The notes: generated from the letters alone by a model not told the origin. A stretch of DNA of 64,000 bases from an uncultured Actinomycetota bacterium (GCA_963736655.1 CAVTPM010000004.1:30793-94792), one strand, 5' to 3'; positions 30,034 through 41,526 are shown, numbered from the stretch's first letter. Numbers and translations: made by a program.

Positions 30034-32281
30034 CCATCGGCGCATCCACGGCCCGATCTCCGAGGCAGCCATCGGTGGTGAGACGTGATGCCCTTGGAGC
30101 ACGTCGATCCCCATCCCCATGAGCTCGGCCGCGGTCTGTGAGTCCTCGACCCCCTCGGCGACCACACGAAGCCCCATGGCGTGCGCCATCTGCTTGGTCG
30201 AGTCGACGATCACGCGGCTGCGCCGGTCGGTGAGGATCGTGGAGACGAAGGACCGGTCCATCTTGAGCTCTTGGACCGGGAGGTCGCGCAGGTAGGCCAG
30301 CGACGAGAACCCCGTGCCGTAGTCGTCGATCGCGACCTGCACCCCGTGCGCCCGGATGTCGAGCAGGCTGTTCGCGTGCCCGCTCCGGGTCGGAGAGGAA
30401 CGAGTCCTCGGTGACCTCGACGAGCAGGCTCTCAGCAGGGAGCCGTGCGTTCTCGAGAGCGTCGAAGAGCCTCGGGAGCAGACTGCCTCCGAGCAGCTCC
30501 GGCGGGGCGCAGTTCATGCTGACGCGGAAGGAGAAGCCGCTGTCCAGCCAGCGGCGGGCGTCGCCGACCACCTGATGGGCGACCGCCTCGGACAGGGCGA
30601 GCATCAGCCCGGACCGTCGCGCGTCGGGGAGGAAGTGCAGGGGCAGCAGAAGTCCTTCGGTGGGGTGCTGCCAGCGGACCAGCGCCTCCACGCCCGAGAC
30701 CTCGTGAGTGACGGCATCGACCTGCGGCTGGTACCAGACGACGAGCTGGTCCTCGGCGATCCCCCGGCGCAGGTCCTCCGCGAGCCTCAGCCGCTGCCGG
30801 GAGAAGCCGTCCCGCGACGCGTCGTAGAGCAGCGTGCCGGCGCGCGAGACCTTGGCCTCGAACATCGCGACGTCCGAGCGGCGGAGCAGATCGGTGGCCC
30901 TGGCGTCGCCCTCGCCCTTCACCGTGATGCCGATCGAGGCCCTGATGGCCAGCTCGAGACCTTCGACGCGTACCGGTTCGAGGAGGTCGTCGCGCAGCCG
31001 CTGAGCCATCTCGAGGAGCGCGAGCGGGTCAGCGTCACGGACCATGACCGCGAACTCGTCGCCGCCCAGCCGGGCCACGCTGACGCCAGGACTCACGAAA
31101 CGGCGCATGCGGTCCGCGGCCACGCCGAGCACGGCGTCACCGGCGGCGTGGCCGAGGCTGTCGTTGATGTCCTTGAACCCGTCGAGGTCGAGCAGCATGA
31201 GCGCGAGCGGCCTGCCGTCCTGCATGGCCGTGTCGAGGTCCTGCAGCACGGCGCGACGGTTCGGGAGTCCGGTCAGCTCATCGGTGCGCGACAGGCGGAG
31301 CGCGTCGGCCGCACCCTGGGCGTCGCGGAGCGCAAGGACGAGGCGGTAGCCGGCAGCCACCAAGGTGACCACGGCCGGAACCGTGATGTACCAGGCGGTG
31401 ACCCCGGTCGGTCGGACGGCCAAGGCGATGAGGGCGATGGACGCAGCGCCCATGAGCACCCCGGCACGCTGACGACGCTCCTGCAGCACGGCGAGGTCGG
31501 GGCGCCGGGCGCAGGCGCCGGCAGACACCAGGGCGAAGGCTGCGCCGTACAACATGTCGATGACCACGTTGGAGACGTACGTGGCGTTGTTGAGGTTGAG
31601 GGCGAGACTCGAGTCCGCAACGGCGAGGGCGACGAACCCGACCCCGAGGAACACGGTGGGGCGCGAGACCTCACGCAGCCGGAGCACGGCCTGCCCCACG
31701 ACGATGGTGGCCAGCAGCAGATCGATCACGGGGTACAGCAGGGCGACGAGCACGGCCGTCCCGTCGGTGCCCGCTGCCGCGAACTGGGCGGCGACCGGCA
31801 TGAGCAGCAGCCCGGCGACGCACGCGGCGCCCCCGCAGACCACCGCCGTCTCCAGCCAGATCGTGCCGGCGTGAGACCTCCGACGGGCGACGTCGAGGAG
31901 CAGGAACGTGGCGATGCCGAGATACGACGTGAGGAAGAGCAGCTCGCCGGGGGACGGGAATCGGGTAGCCGCAAGGGGATCGCCGGAGTTCAGAACGATC
32001 GCCGAGCCGGCGGCCCAGAAGCACAGGCCCACGGCGAGCGAGACCAGCGCCGTGCGGCGGGAGGGGAACGCCAAGGCGGCGGCGACGACCCGGGCCACGA
32101 CCAGGGCGAAGAAGACACCGAGGAAGAGCACGACGAGCTCCTGCCGGACCCTGGTCAGGTCGACGACCTCGACGAGGACACCGACGAGGACGCCGAGGCC
32201 GAAGACCGTCCAGACCGCACGGCCGAGCACGAGCTCGACGCGCGTCCAGGAGCCGGCACCGAGCCGACGGTCAGCCCCCAC
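29980..32281 (-). CDS. Membrane-anchored GGDEF-EAL protein (diguanylate cyclase/phosphodiesterase) with N-terminal multi-helix sensor; one frameshift near 30350
   Basis: At least 8 predicted TM helices, then ...RTDELTGLPNRRAVL...LLDLDGFKDINDSLGHAAGDAVL...RLGGDEFAV (GGDEF) and ...ALVRWQHPTEGLL...LVEVTEDSFL... The EAL tail QVAIDDYGTGFSSLAYLRDLPVQELKMDRSFV... is in ORF 29980..30342. Confidence 0.8.
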
Positions 32282-32423
32282 CGGTCTCCCTCCCCTGAAC
32301 GACCCGACCGCTCACGCACCACGGCGCGGCGGATCGGGGCGAAGCTCACTCCCTGCGGGGTCATCGGCACGAAACGACGCCGAACCTGAGCGAGATCGCC
32401 CATCCGCACCAGGGCGGTCGCTC

Positions 32424-33156
32424 CTAGGCGGACAGGCCCAGCGACTGCATCCGGCGCGTGTGGTTCTCGGTGAGCCGGGCGAACATCCTGGAGAGCCCGG
32501 CCAGGTCGAAGGCCGGCTGACCAGCGGGTGCCATGCCCCCGACGATGAGCGTCACGAGCGCATCCCGGTCCGCTGCCACCCGCTGGGCCTGGCTGAGCAT
32601 CTCCCCGACGAGGCGTCGGCCCCAGAGAGCGAGCCGGCCGGCGACCCGCGGGTCGGCCTCGATGGCAGCACGCACCCGGTCGACCGCGAACTCGGAGTGA
32701 CCCGAGTCGGCACAGACGTCCAGGACGAGCGACCGGGTCGCGGGGTCGAGGAAGGCCGCCACCTCCCGGTAGAAGTCCGAGCCGATCCCGTCACCGACGT
32801 AGGCCTTGACCAGCCCCTCCAGCCAGTCGGCGGGAGCCGTCGAGTCATGGAACCCGTCGACGCCGGCCTGGAACGGGTACATCGCGACGTCCGGGTCGCA
32901 GCCGAGCTCGACGAGGCGGTTCCGCAGCGGTCACGAAGTGGCGGTACTCAGCGACGGCCATGCCGGCAAGCTCGGCCTTGTCGCCGACCGTCGGTGCCAG
33001 TGCGGCATCGGCGGCGAGCCGCTCGAAGGCGCTGAGCTCGCCGTAGGCGAGGACGCCGAGCAGGTCGACGACAGCGGCCCGGTAGCCCTCGTCGTCGAGG
33101 GGATCGAGGCCCACGGAAGGAACGTCGGCCGAGGATGCGTGCGACACGTCACTCAT
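32424..33156 (-). CDS. Ferritin-like domain protein (Rv3212-like conserved Ala/Val-rich protein); one frameshift near 32930
   Basis: MSDVSHASSADVPSVGLDPLDDEGYRAAVVDLLGVLAYGELSAFERLAADAALAPTVGDKAELAGMAVAEYRHF is in ORF 32845..33156, then ...LRNRLVELGCDPDVAMYPFQAGVDGFHDSTAPADWLEGLVKAYVGDGIGSDFYREVAAFLD... in ORF 32424..32882. Confidence 0.65.
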
Positions 33157-33290
33157 GGGCGCAGCGTAGCCAGACCGCCGGGCGACAGCCGTTACACTCG
33201 ATGGCGTACCCGTGAGCGCGGGCGCGATTCCGACAGGCCAGTGGGCGCCCTGCCAAGGCGCAGCCCCGCCTCCGCGCTCGACAGCTCGCG

Positions 33291-34941
33291 ATGCGAATAG
33301 AGGCGTTTCCCCTGACCACCTTCCGTGACCTCGGGGTCCTACCCGAGACCTGCGCGGCCCTCGAGGCCATCGGCATCACCGAGCCCTTCGCCATCCAGGA
33401 GCAGACGCTCCCCGTCGCCCTGGCGGGCAACGACGTCATCGGCCAGGCCAAGACCGGCACCGGCAAGACCCTCGGCTTCGGCATCCCCCTGCTGCAGCGC
33501 GTGACCGGTCCCGCAGGACACCGGCTTCGGAGACCTCGCCGACCCCGGCAAGCCCCAGGCCCTCGTCGTCGTGCCGACCCGCGAGCTGTGCGTGCAGGTG
33601 ACGCGCGACATCCAGACCGCTGGTGCGCTGCGCGGTGTACGCGTGCTCGCCGTCTACGGCGGACGTGCCTACGAGCCGCAGGTCGAGGCCCTGCGCAAGG
33701 GCATCGAGGTCGTCGTCGGCACCCCGGGCCGGCTCATCGACCTGGCCAACCAGAAGCACCTCGACCTCGGGCACGTGCGGATGCTCGTCCTCGACGAGGC
33801 CGACGAGATGCTCGACCTGGGCTTCCTGCCCGACGTCGAGCGGATCCTGCGCTTCATCCCTGACGGCCGCCAGACCATGCTGTTCTCCGCGACCATGCCG
33901 GGTCCGGTCATCTCCCTCGCGCGGCAGTACATGACCCAGCCCACGCACATCCGGGCCCACGACCCCGAGGACGCCGGGCTCACGGTCGCCAACGTCGAGC
34001 AGCACGTCTTCCGGGCGCACGCCCTCGACAAGGTCGAGATGCTGGCCCGCATCCTGCAGGCGCAGGGCCGCGGCCAGACCATGGTGTTCTGCCGCACCAA
34101 GCGCACGGCGCAGAAGGTGGCCGACGAGCTGGCGCTGCGCGGCTTCGCCTCCGGCGCGGTGCACGGCGACCTCGGCCAGGGCGCGCGCGAGCAGGCGCTG
34201 CGCGCCTTCCGCAACGGCAAGGTCGACGTGCTCGTCGCCACCGACGTCGCGGCTCGCGGCATCGACGTCGAGGGCGTGACGCACGTCGTCAACTACCAGT
34301 GCCCCGAGGACGAGAAGACCTACCTGCACCGCATCGGGCGTACGGCTCGCGCCGGCGCGTCGGGCACTGCCGTCACCTTCGTCGACTGGGACGACATCCC
34401 GCGGTGGACGCTGATCAACAAGGCTCTCGGGCTCGACTTCGAGAGCCCGGCGGAGACGTACTCCACCTCCGACCACTTCTACGAGGCCCTCGACATCCCG
34501 CGCCACGCGGGGGGCGAGCTGCCCAAGTCGGAGCGCACCCGGCCGGGCTCGACGCAGAGGCTGTCGAGGACCTCGGCGAGACCGGCAAGGCCCGCGGCCG
34601 GGGAGACGCCAGTCCGCCGCCCGGCGGCTCCCGTTCCGGGAAGGGCTCGCCGGCGCCCGAGAGCAAGCCACGTCCCGCACGGACCCGCTCGGGTCAGCGT
34701 CAACGCACCAGGAGCGGAACGCCGATCGCCACGACCACCACGGAGAACCACGACGACAGCCAGCCGCGCACGACCGACGGTGAGGGTGCTCCCTCAACCG
34801 GTCGTCGGCGCCGGCGGGGTGGCCGCGGCAAGGGCGGCGGGTCGTCCGCGACCGCCTCGACCTCGACGGGTGGCTCCGGACGACCCGAAGGCCTCTCAGC
34901 CCAGGACGACCACGGACGTGCCGACGCCGGCCCAGGCGTAG
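33291..34941 (+). CDS. rhlE: DEAD-box ATP-dependent RNA helicase with basic R/G/P-rich C-terminal tail; at least 2 frameshifts (near 33510 and 34560); 3' end uncertain
   Basis: ...TTFRDLGVLPETCAALEAIGITEPFAIQEQTLPVALAGNDVIGQAKTGTGKTLGFGIPLL (Q motif, motif I), PTRELCVQV, DEAD (VLDEADEMLD), SAT, ...TDVAARGIDVEGVTHVVNY, HRIGRTARAG. The rhlE symbol is inferred from synteny with Rv3211. Confidence 0.8.
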
Positions 34942-35475
34942 AGCCACCGCGCGTCGGCGTCCCGGGAGCGCACGCACCCGCCTCCCACCACCGGGTGGCC
35001 GAGCTGCTTCGAGGGTCTGGATCGGCAGACCGCGGCTGTCTCGCGGGATGCTGTGGAACCCGATGTTCAACGCGTGCCCCTGCGCGAACCGGATCATCCA
35101 TCGGAACCTCACGTGGCTGACCGGCGAGCTGGACGTCGGCGACTTCGAGAACACCTGGTAGGAACCGGGATTCGGCCAGTCCCTGCGGCCGCTGACCTTC
35201 CAGTCCCGGACCACCTTCCCGTTCTCCGCCACGACCCACACGTGCATGGTGCGCTGGCTGTAGACCACGCGGCGTCCGACGCCGGACCGCGCCGGCAGCG
35301 GGTAGCGAGGGATCGGGGACCGGGGATGGACCGCTGCCTCGACGGAGGACGGACGTCCGGTTCCGGATCCGGGGTCGGGAGGGACCATCGCGAGCGCAGG
35401 CGTCGGGCCGACCAGACCGGCTGACCCGAGCGTCGCCGCAGCCGCCCACGCGACCGCGGTGCGTGACCAACCCAT
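34895..35475 (-). CDS. Secreted L,D-transpeptidase (YkuD catalytic domain); one frameshift near 35020
   Basis: Signal peptide MGWSRTAVAWAAAATLGSAGLVGPTPALA; ...VVYSQRTMHVWVVAENGKVVRDW...HVRFRWMIRFAQGHALNIGFHSIPRD...; C-terminus ...GGCVRSRDADARWLYAWAGVGTSVVVLG was read by hand in a second frame. Confidence 0.7.
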
Positions 35476-35715
35476 CTAGAGCCGGACCCCGAGCCGCACC
35501 CACGTCCGACGACCGCACGCGGGGCAGCGCATCCACGAACGGTGCCGCTTCGGCCCGACGAGGAGGTGGAACGACGGGAGAACGGCGCGGGTGGCCGCCC
35601 GCAGCCCTACCACGCTGGTCTGCTGACAGGACGAGCACTCGACCGTGACCGACCCGAACGACGGGGGCTCGACGACGTCGCTCCAGAGCGCGTGCCGACC
35701 GTCATGATCCGTCGG
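35476..35715 (-). CDS. Possible separate small Zn-ribbon protein (CxxC...CPxC), in frame with the ParA-like ORF
   Basis: MPTDHDGRHALWSDVVEPPSFGSVTVECSSCQQTSVVGLRAATRAVLPSFHLLVGPKRHRSWMRCPACGRRTWVRLGVRL has an internal ATG at 35715 and four Cys in two pairs. A fusion, an indel artefact or an independent gene cannot be told apart from the sequence alone. Confidence 0.3.
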   Translation of the reverse strand, partial: PTDHDGRHALWSDVVEPPSFGSVTVECSSCQQTSVVGLRAATRAVLPSFHLLVGPKRHRSWMRCPACGRRTWVRLGVRL

Positions 35716-36573
35716 CATCTCGGAGATGACGGGCTCGGGCTCCGGCGCCACCGTGCGTGGCCGGATGCGGTCGAACCGAGGTTCGGGGCTCACGCGCCCA
35801 CCTCTGCCGACGGAGAACCGCTCGACCAGCTGGCGGGCGTGCTCGCGGTAGGCCTCGGCCCCCTTGGAGGTCCGTGCCGTCGAGAGCACCGAGCGACCGA
35901 TGGCCGGCGCCTCGGCGAAGCGCACGGACTTCGGGATCGGCGGCTCGAGCACCGGGAGGCCGTACCTCCCGGTCACGTCGGCCAGGACCGCGCGCGAGTG
36001 GTTGGTCCGGCTGTCGAACAGCGTCGGCAGCACCCCGAGGACCTCGAGCTCGCGGTTGGTGCGCTTCTGCACCTCGCGCACGGTGTCGAGGAGGTGTCCG
36101 ACCCCGCGGTGGGAGAGGGTCTCGCACTGCAGCGGGATGAGCACGACGTCGGCGGCGGTCAGCGCGTTGAGGGTCAGGACCCCGAGGGACGGGCTGCAGT
36201 CCAGGAGCACGAAGTCGTAGTCGGGCGCGATCTCCTCCAGCGCCTCCGCGAGGACGTACTCGCGACCGGTTCGCATGAGCAGGTGCGCCTCCGCACCCGC
36301 CAGGTCGATCGTCGCCGGGAGGACGTCCAGCCCGTCGTCGGTCGTGCGTACAGCCAGCCCCGCTCCGACCCGGCCGAGCAGCACGTCGTGCACCGACAGC
36401 TCGAGGGCCTCGGGGTCCAGGCCGACGGAGAACGACAGGCAGGCCTGGGGGTCGAGGTCCACGAGCAGGACCCGGTGGCCCAGCTCGACGAGGGCCGAAC
36501 CCAAGGAGACCACCGTGGTGGTCTTGGCGACGCCGCCCTTCTGGTTGACGACGGCGATCGTGGTGGTGGTCAC
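35476..36573 (-). CDS. ParA/Soj-family (MinD-like) P-loop ATPase, orphan (no parB adjacent); ORF reads through into an in-frame ~80 aa Zn-ribbon extension
   Basis: VTTTTIAVVNQKGGVAKTTTVVSLGSALVELGHRVLLVDLDPQ (deviant Walker A KGGVAKT) ...DFVLLDCSPSLG... ends ~...AYREHARQLVERF, matching Rv3213c-like proteins. There is no stop before 35476. Confidence 0.75.
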   Translation of the reverse strand: MTTTTIAVVNQKGGVAKTTTVVSLGSALVELGHRVLLVDLDPQACLSFSVGLDPEALELSVHDVLLGRVGAGLAVRTTDDGLDVLPATIDLAGAEAHLLMRTGREYVLAEALEEIAPDYDFVLLDCSPSLGVLTLNALTAADVVLIPLQCETLSHRGVGHLLDTVREVQKRTNRELEVLGVLPTLFDSRTNHSRAVLADVTGRYGLPVLEPPIPKSVRFAEAPAIGRSVLSTARTSKGAEAYREHARQLVERFSVGRGGRVSPEPRFDRIRPRTVAPEPEPVISEMPTDHDGRHALWSDVVEPPSFGSVTVECSSCQQTSVVGLRAATRAVLPSFHLLVGPKRHRSWMRCPACGRRTWVRLGVRL

Positions 36574-36630
36574 AGTTCCCCTGGTGCTGAGCAGCGGACC
36601 GGGCAGGCGTTGCCGCCTATTCTGCCCCCT

Positions 36631-37506
36631 GTGAGCACCCCTCCGTTCCTGGCACCTCCTCCCGGCACGTGCGCCGAACCGCTCGAGACCTCGCGGGGTC
36701 GCTTCGCGGCCTGGGTGCTCGACCCGGAGGGTCGGTCCCCGCGAGGCACGGCCATCCTCGTTCCGGGCTTCACCGGCAGCAAGGAGGACTTCGTCGCCGT
36801 CATGGCCCCGCTCTCCGGTGCCGGCTGGCGGGTCGTCACCTACGACCAGCGAGGGCAGCACGAGACACCCGGGAGCGCCGAGGCTCCTCCGGAGTCCTAC
36901 GGCCTTCCTGCCCTGGCCGCCGACCTGCTCGCCGTGGCCGACGCCGTGCGGGTCGGCCCCGTCCACCTGGTCGGGCACTCCTTCGGTGGGCTCGTGGCGC
37001 GGGAGGCCACCTTGGCCGCGCCGTCCAGCGTCGTGTCGCTGACCCTTCTGTCGTCCGGACCCGGCGGGGTCGGCGGGCCGACCGCGCAGGTCGCCCACGT
37101 CTTCGCCACGGCGCTGGAGTCGATGCCGATCGAGGCGGTCTGGGACGCGAAGGTCGCCTACGACGCCGCCAACGGCCTGCACCTGCCCGACGACCCCGCC
37201 CTCGCCGACTTCCTTCGCGCCCGCTTCGTCTCCAACGACCCGCTCGGGCTCGCCGCGTTCGCGAGGACCCTCACCACCGCGCCGGACCGCACCGCCGAGC
37301 TGGCCGCGGCCCGGGTCCCGGTGCTCGTGGCGTACGGCGAGCGCGACGACGCCTGGCCGCCCGAGGTCCAGTCGGAGATGGCCGTACGGCTCGGCGCCCG
37401 GCGTGAGGTGGTGGCCCACTCGGGGCACTCCCCCGCGGCTGAGGCCCCGGACGCCACGGCCGACTTGCTCGTCGAGTTCTGGGCCGAGACGGAGTCCGCG
37501 GCGTAA
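36631..37506 (+). CDS. Alpha/beta-fold hydrolase
   Basis: VSTPPFLAPPPGTCAEPL...AILVPGFTGSKEDF...HLVGHSFGGLVA...YGERDDAWP...AHSGHSPAAE. GTG start at 36631 is in frame with the 3' end of ORF 35542..37506; the rest of that ORF is antisense to parA. Confidence 0.8.
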   Translation: MSTPPFLAPPPGTCAEPLETSRGRFAAWVLDPEGRSPRGTAILVPGFTGSKEDFVAVMAPLSGAGWRVVTYDQRGQHETPGSAEAPPESYGLPALAADLLAVADAVRVGPVHLVGHSFGGLVAREATLAAPSSVVSLTLLSSGPGGVGGPTAQVAHVFATALESMPIEAVWDAKVAYDAANGLHLPDDPALADFLRARFVSNDPLGLAAFARTLTTAPDRTAELAAARVPVLVAYGERDDAWPPEVQSEMAVRLGARREVVAHSGHSPAAEAPDATADLLVEFWAETESAA

Positions 37507-37546
37507 CGTTGAGGCGAGGGGAAGCACGTGAGGGGAGGGGCCACTC

Positions 37547-37934
37547 GTGGAGTTGCGTGCCGCCTTGCGTGCTGAACCCGGTGAGGTGGCCGTCGCACGG
37601 CGCCTGCTTCGAGGGCTATCTCTGCGATCAGGAGCCCACCCCTTCCGACAACCACGACGTGCCGGTGCTCCTCGTGAGCGAGCTGGTGACCAATGCGATC
37701 CGGCACGCTCAACCGCCGCTCGAGCTGCACGCGTTGACCCGCGACGGCGGCTTGCGGGTCGAGGTGCACGACGGCGGCTCCGACCCGCCGATGCTGGTCG
37801 CCCCCTCCCTCCCCGGCGCCGTGCTCGGCGACGGCGGGCGCGGCCTCCAGCTCGTGGCGACGCTGGCTGACCGGTGGGGCTGGGACGGGAACGCTCTGGG
37901 CAAGGCGGTCTGGTTCGAGCTCGACGCCCTCTAG
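37547..37934 (+). CDS. Anti-sigma-factor-like serine kinase (HATPase_c, RsbW/SpoIIAB family); one frameshift near 37600
   Basis: VELRAALRAEPGEVAVARRLLRG (frame 1) then YLCDQEPTPSDNHDVPVLLVSELVTNAIRHAQPPLELHALTRDGGLRVEVHDGG...GRGLQLVATLADRWGWD (frame 2). GHKL N-box LVSELVTNAIRHA and G-box GRGL are present. Confidence 0.7.
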
Positions 37935-37982
37935 CGGAACCGAAGGGCCGCGCTGCTGGGCGGTGCCTGGCTATGGTGCCTT

Positions 37983-40900
37983 GTGATCGTTTGCGCGAGC
38001 TGTTCCGCCGAGATGCCGGAGGGGTCCAAGTTCTGCCGTGAGTGCGGCGCGGCCGCCCAGAACCGGACCTGCCCCTCCTGCGGGGCCCCCGCTGATTCCG
38101 GGCGGTTCTGCGGTGAGTGCGGTACGCCTCTGGACCCGGCGTCGGCGTCGGCGCCGGCGCCGGGTGGGTCGGCGTCCAGGTCAGCCCCGGTCGCCGAGCG
38201 GCGGATCACCTCGGTGCTCTTCGGTGACCTGGTGGGCTTCACCCCGCTCTCGGAGAGCCGGGACCCCGAGGAGGTCCGCGAGCTCCTGTCGCGCTACTTC
38301 GCCGAGTGCCGGACGGTGATCGGCCGCTACGGCGGCACGGTCGAGAAGTTCATCGGCGACGCCGTGATGGCCGTGTGGGGCGTCCCCACGGCGCACGAGG
38401 ACGACGCCGAGCGCGCCGTGCGCGCCGGGCTCGAGCTCACCTCCGTCGTGGCCGGCATCGGCGAGGACGTCGGCGCCCCTGGTCTCGCGATGCGGGTCGG
38501 GGTCGTGACCGGCGAGGTCGCGGTCACGGTGGGTGCCACGGCTGAGGGGATGGTCGCCGGAGACGCCGTCAACACCGCGGCCCGGGTGCAGAGCGCCGCA
38601 GAGCCGGGCAGCGTCTACGTCGACGAGGCACCCGCTCGCTGACGGCAGCCGCGATCGCCTACGAGGACACCGGCGAGCACACGCTCAAGGGCAAGGCGGA
38701 GCCGATGCGCCTGCACGCGGCGCGGGCCGTGGTCGCCGAGGTCGGCGGCGCCCAACGCGTCGACGGGCTCGAGGCCCCGCTCACCGGTCGTGACCGCGAG
38801 ATGCGGCTGCTCAAAGAGCTCTTCCACTCCGCCGAGGAGTCGCAGCGCCCCCGGCTCGTCGTCCTCGACGGCGAGGCCGGAGTCGGCAAGTCCCGAATGG
38901 CCTGGGAGTTCGAGAAGTACGCCGACGGCCTGTCAACGGTCACGCGCTGGCATCGCGGCCGCTGCCTGTCCTACGGCGATGCGGTCGCGTTCTGGCCTCT
39001 GACCGAGGCCGTCCGGGCGCGGCTGGGCCTGACCGAGGGCGACTCTGGCCCACGTCGTCTCCGAGAAGCTCGACGAGGGGCTGGCGGCCTTCGTGCCCGA
39101 CCTCGAGGAGCGCGACTGGCTGCGGCCACGACTGGCCGCGTTGATCGGCGCCGGGGCGACCGGCACCTTCACCCGCCCGGAGCTCTTCATCGCCTGGACC
39201 ACGTGGTTCGAGCGCGTCGGTGCCGACTCCGGGTCGGTGGTGCTCGTCGTCGACGACGCCCAGCACGCCGACGACGCGCTGCTGGACTTCCTCGAGCACC
39301 TGCTCGCCAACGCCCAGTCAGCGATCTTCGTGCTCGCCCTGGCTCGACCCGAGCTGCTCGCCCGTCGACCGACCTCGGCGGCACGCCGTACCTCGGTGAT
39401 CCGGCTCGACCCGCTCGACGACGACGCCATGGCACGCCTGGTCGACGGCCTGGTCGTCGGCCTGTCCGACGAGAGTCGGGCGGCCTGGTCGGCGCGGGCG
39501 AAGGGGTGCCGCTGTTCGCCGTCGAGACCGTGCGCGCCCTCATCGACCGGGACGCCGTGGTCCCTCGCGAGGGCCGCTACGTGCCCGCCGACGGCGCCGT
39601 GATCGACCTCGACGGGATCGGCGCACCGGCCTCGCTGCAGGCCCTGGTCGCTGCCCGGGTCGACGCACTGTCCTCGGACGAGCGGCGCGTCGTGGCCGAC
39701 GCCAGCGTGCTCGGCGCGGTGTTCACGCGCGAGGGGCTCGAGGCACTGGGCAACGACCCAGAGGTCCTGGATCGAGTGCCTGGAGTCGTTGCAGCGCAAA
39801 GAGATCCTCGCGGTCCAGCAGGATCGGTTCGCGGCTGACCGAGGACAGTTCCGGTTCGTGCAGTCCGTGGTCCGTCAGGTCGTCTACGGCACCCAGTCCC
39901 GACGCGACCGGAAGTCGCGCCACCTCGCCGTGGCCGCGTACATGGGCGGACTGCGCCGATGCGGACGGCGACCTCGCCATGGTCATCGGTCAGCACCTCA
40001 TCGACGCCGTCGACGCGTCATCGTCGGGCGACACCGACACCGAGGAGCTCAGCGCCCGAGCTGCAGGCTGCTGGAGAAGGCCGGTCACCGATCGCGGGCG
40101 CTGGGGTCGATGGCCGAGGCGCGCCGGCTGTTCGGCTCGGCGCTCGAGCGCGCCGTCGATCCGGCGGACCGCGCGCGGCTCACGCTGGCCACCGCGGACG
40201 CGGCCTCCAGCGCGGGCGACTACGCCGCCGCGCGCGACCTCGCGCTCTCGGCCACCTCGCTGTACGACGACCTCGACCTGCCCCTCGAGGCGGGGTACGC
40301 CGCCGGGCAGGCGGGTGACAGCACGACGCTGCTCCTGGACCCGGCCGGGGCGATCGCCCTGGCCCGACCGCGCTGGGACGCCCTGCAGGACGTCGAAGGC
40401 GCGGAGAGGGCCCTGATCAAGCTCGCGCAGGGGCTGGGACGTGCCTACGCGGACCTCGGCGACACCGAGTCGACCTGGGAGGTGGCCGACCGGCGCCTGA
40501 GGTGCGCCGAGGCGTACGGCGACCCCGAGCACATCGCTCAGGCGATGCTGGCCCTCGGCACCGGCTACACCAACTCCGGAGCGCCCGAGACCTCAGCGGG
40601 CCCTCAACGAGGCGGCGGCGCGGATCTGCCGTGACCACGACCACCCAGCCGTGCTCTCTCAGGCGCTCAACAACCTGGCGGCCCAGCAGGCCAGCCGCGA
40701 TCTCGTCGAAGCCGAGGCTGCGGCCCGGGAGGGGCTCGAGGTCGCGCGGCGGTCGGGGATCGTCGGGTTCATGGACTACACCGCGATCAACCTCACCATC
40801 GCGCTGTGGATGTCCGGGCGTCTACGCGAGGCCGCTGAGGTCATCGAGGATGCTCGCGCCTGGATCTCGCTGCCCATGCTCCGCCTGTTCCTCGGGTGTC

Positions 40901-41500
40901 TGGACAACCGGGTCGCCGATGCGCGCGGTGAGCCGGTGGCCGAGCTCCCGGAGCTCGGCGCGACCGGGCACGAGGGCGAGATCGTGGCCTGGTCGGACAT
41001 GGCGATGCTCCACGCCGAGAGGTCAGGGGACCACGTGCGCGCCGCCGAGCTCGCGGAGGCCTCGCTGCCGCATCGTGCTGTCGGCCATGGGCATCGACGA
41101 CGACTTCATGGTGTTCTGGCCGCCGATGGTGCTGGCTGCGGTGGCTGCAGGAGACGTGGCGCGCGCCGAGAGCATGCTCGCCCCGGTCGAGAGCGCCGCT
41201 GCGGCCCTCGTCTCACCGGCTGTGTGGGCCGAGTGGCACTGGCTGCGCGGCCTGGTCGCTGCGCTGCGCGGCGACGACCCCGAGACGGTCGAGACCGAGC
41301 TCCGGATGGGCATCGCCGCCCTGGAGGCCTTCGGGGCAAAGGGAATGCGCGCCCAGGCGCAGGAGGACCTCGCGCGCTGGCTCAACGGACAAGGCCGTGC
41401 CGTCGAGGCAGAGCCGCTGCTCGCTGCCGCTCGGGAGACGTACACCGAGATCGGTGCGGACGGCTGGCTGGCCCGCCTCGACGCCTGGGCCACGACGAGA
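37983..41500 (+). CDS. Large multidomain regulator: N-terminal double Zn-ribbon, class III adenylyl/guanylyl cyclase (CHD), AAA/NB-ARC-type P-loop NTPase, TPR/helical repeats; about 1170 aa with at least 7 frameshifts; 3' end uncertain (41490-41750)
   Basis: VIVCASCSAEMPEGSKFCRECGAAAQNRTCPSCGAPADSGRFCGECG ... ITSVLFGDLVGFTPLSE...GGTVEKFIGDAVMAVWG...AVNTAARVQSAAEPGSVYVDE (CHD) ... RLVVLDGEAGVGKSRMAWE (Walker A) ... VVLVVDDAQHADDALLDFLEHL (Walker B) ... GVPLFAVETVRAL ... long TPR-like region. Frames were stitched by homology logic. Confidence 0.7.
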
Positions 41501-41526
41501 ACGCTGCCGTCTGAGCGACGGCACCT

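Noticed and set aside
33436-35475. 679 aa minus-strand ORF antisense to the DEAD-box helicase
   Set aside because: Only the first ~150 codons (L,D-transpeptidase) show protein-like composition and motifs. The rest is antisense to a conserved helicase.
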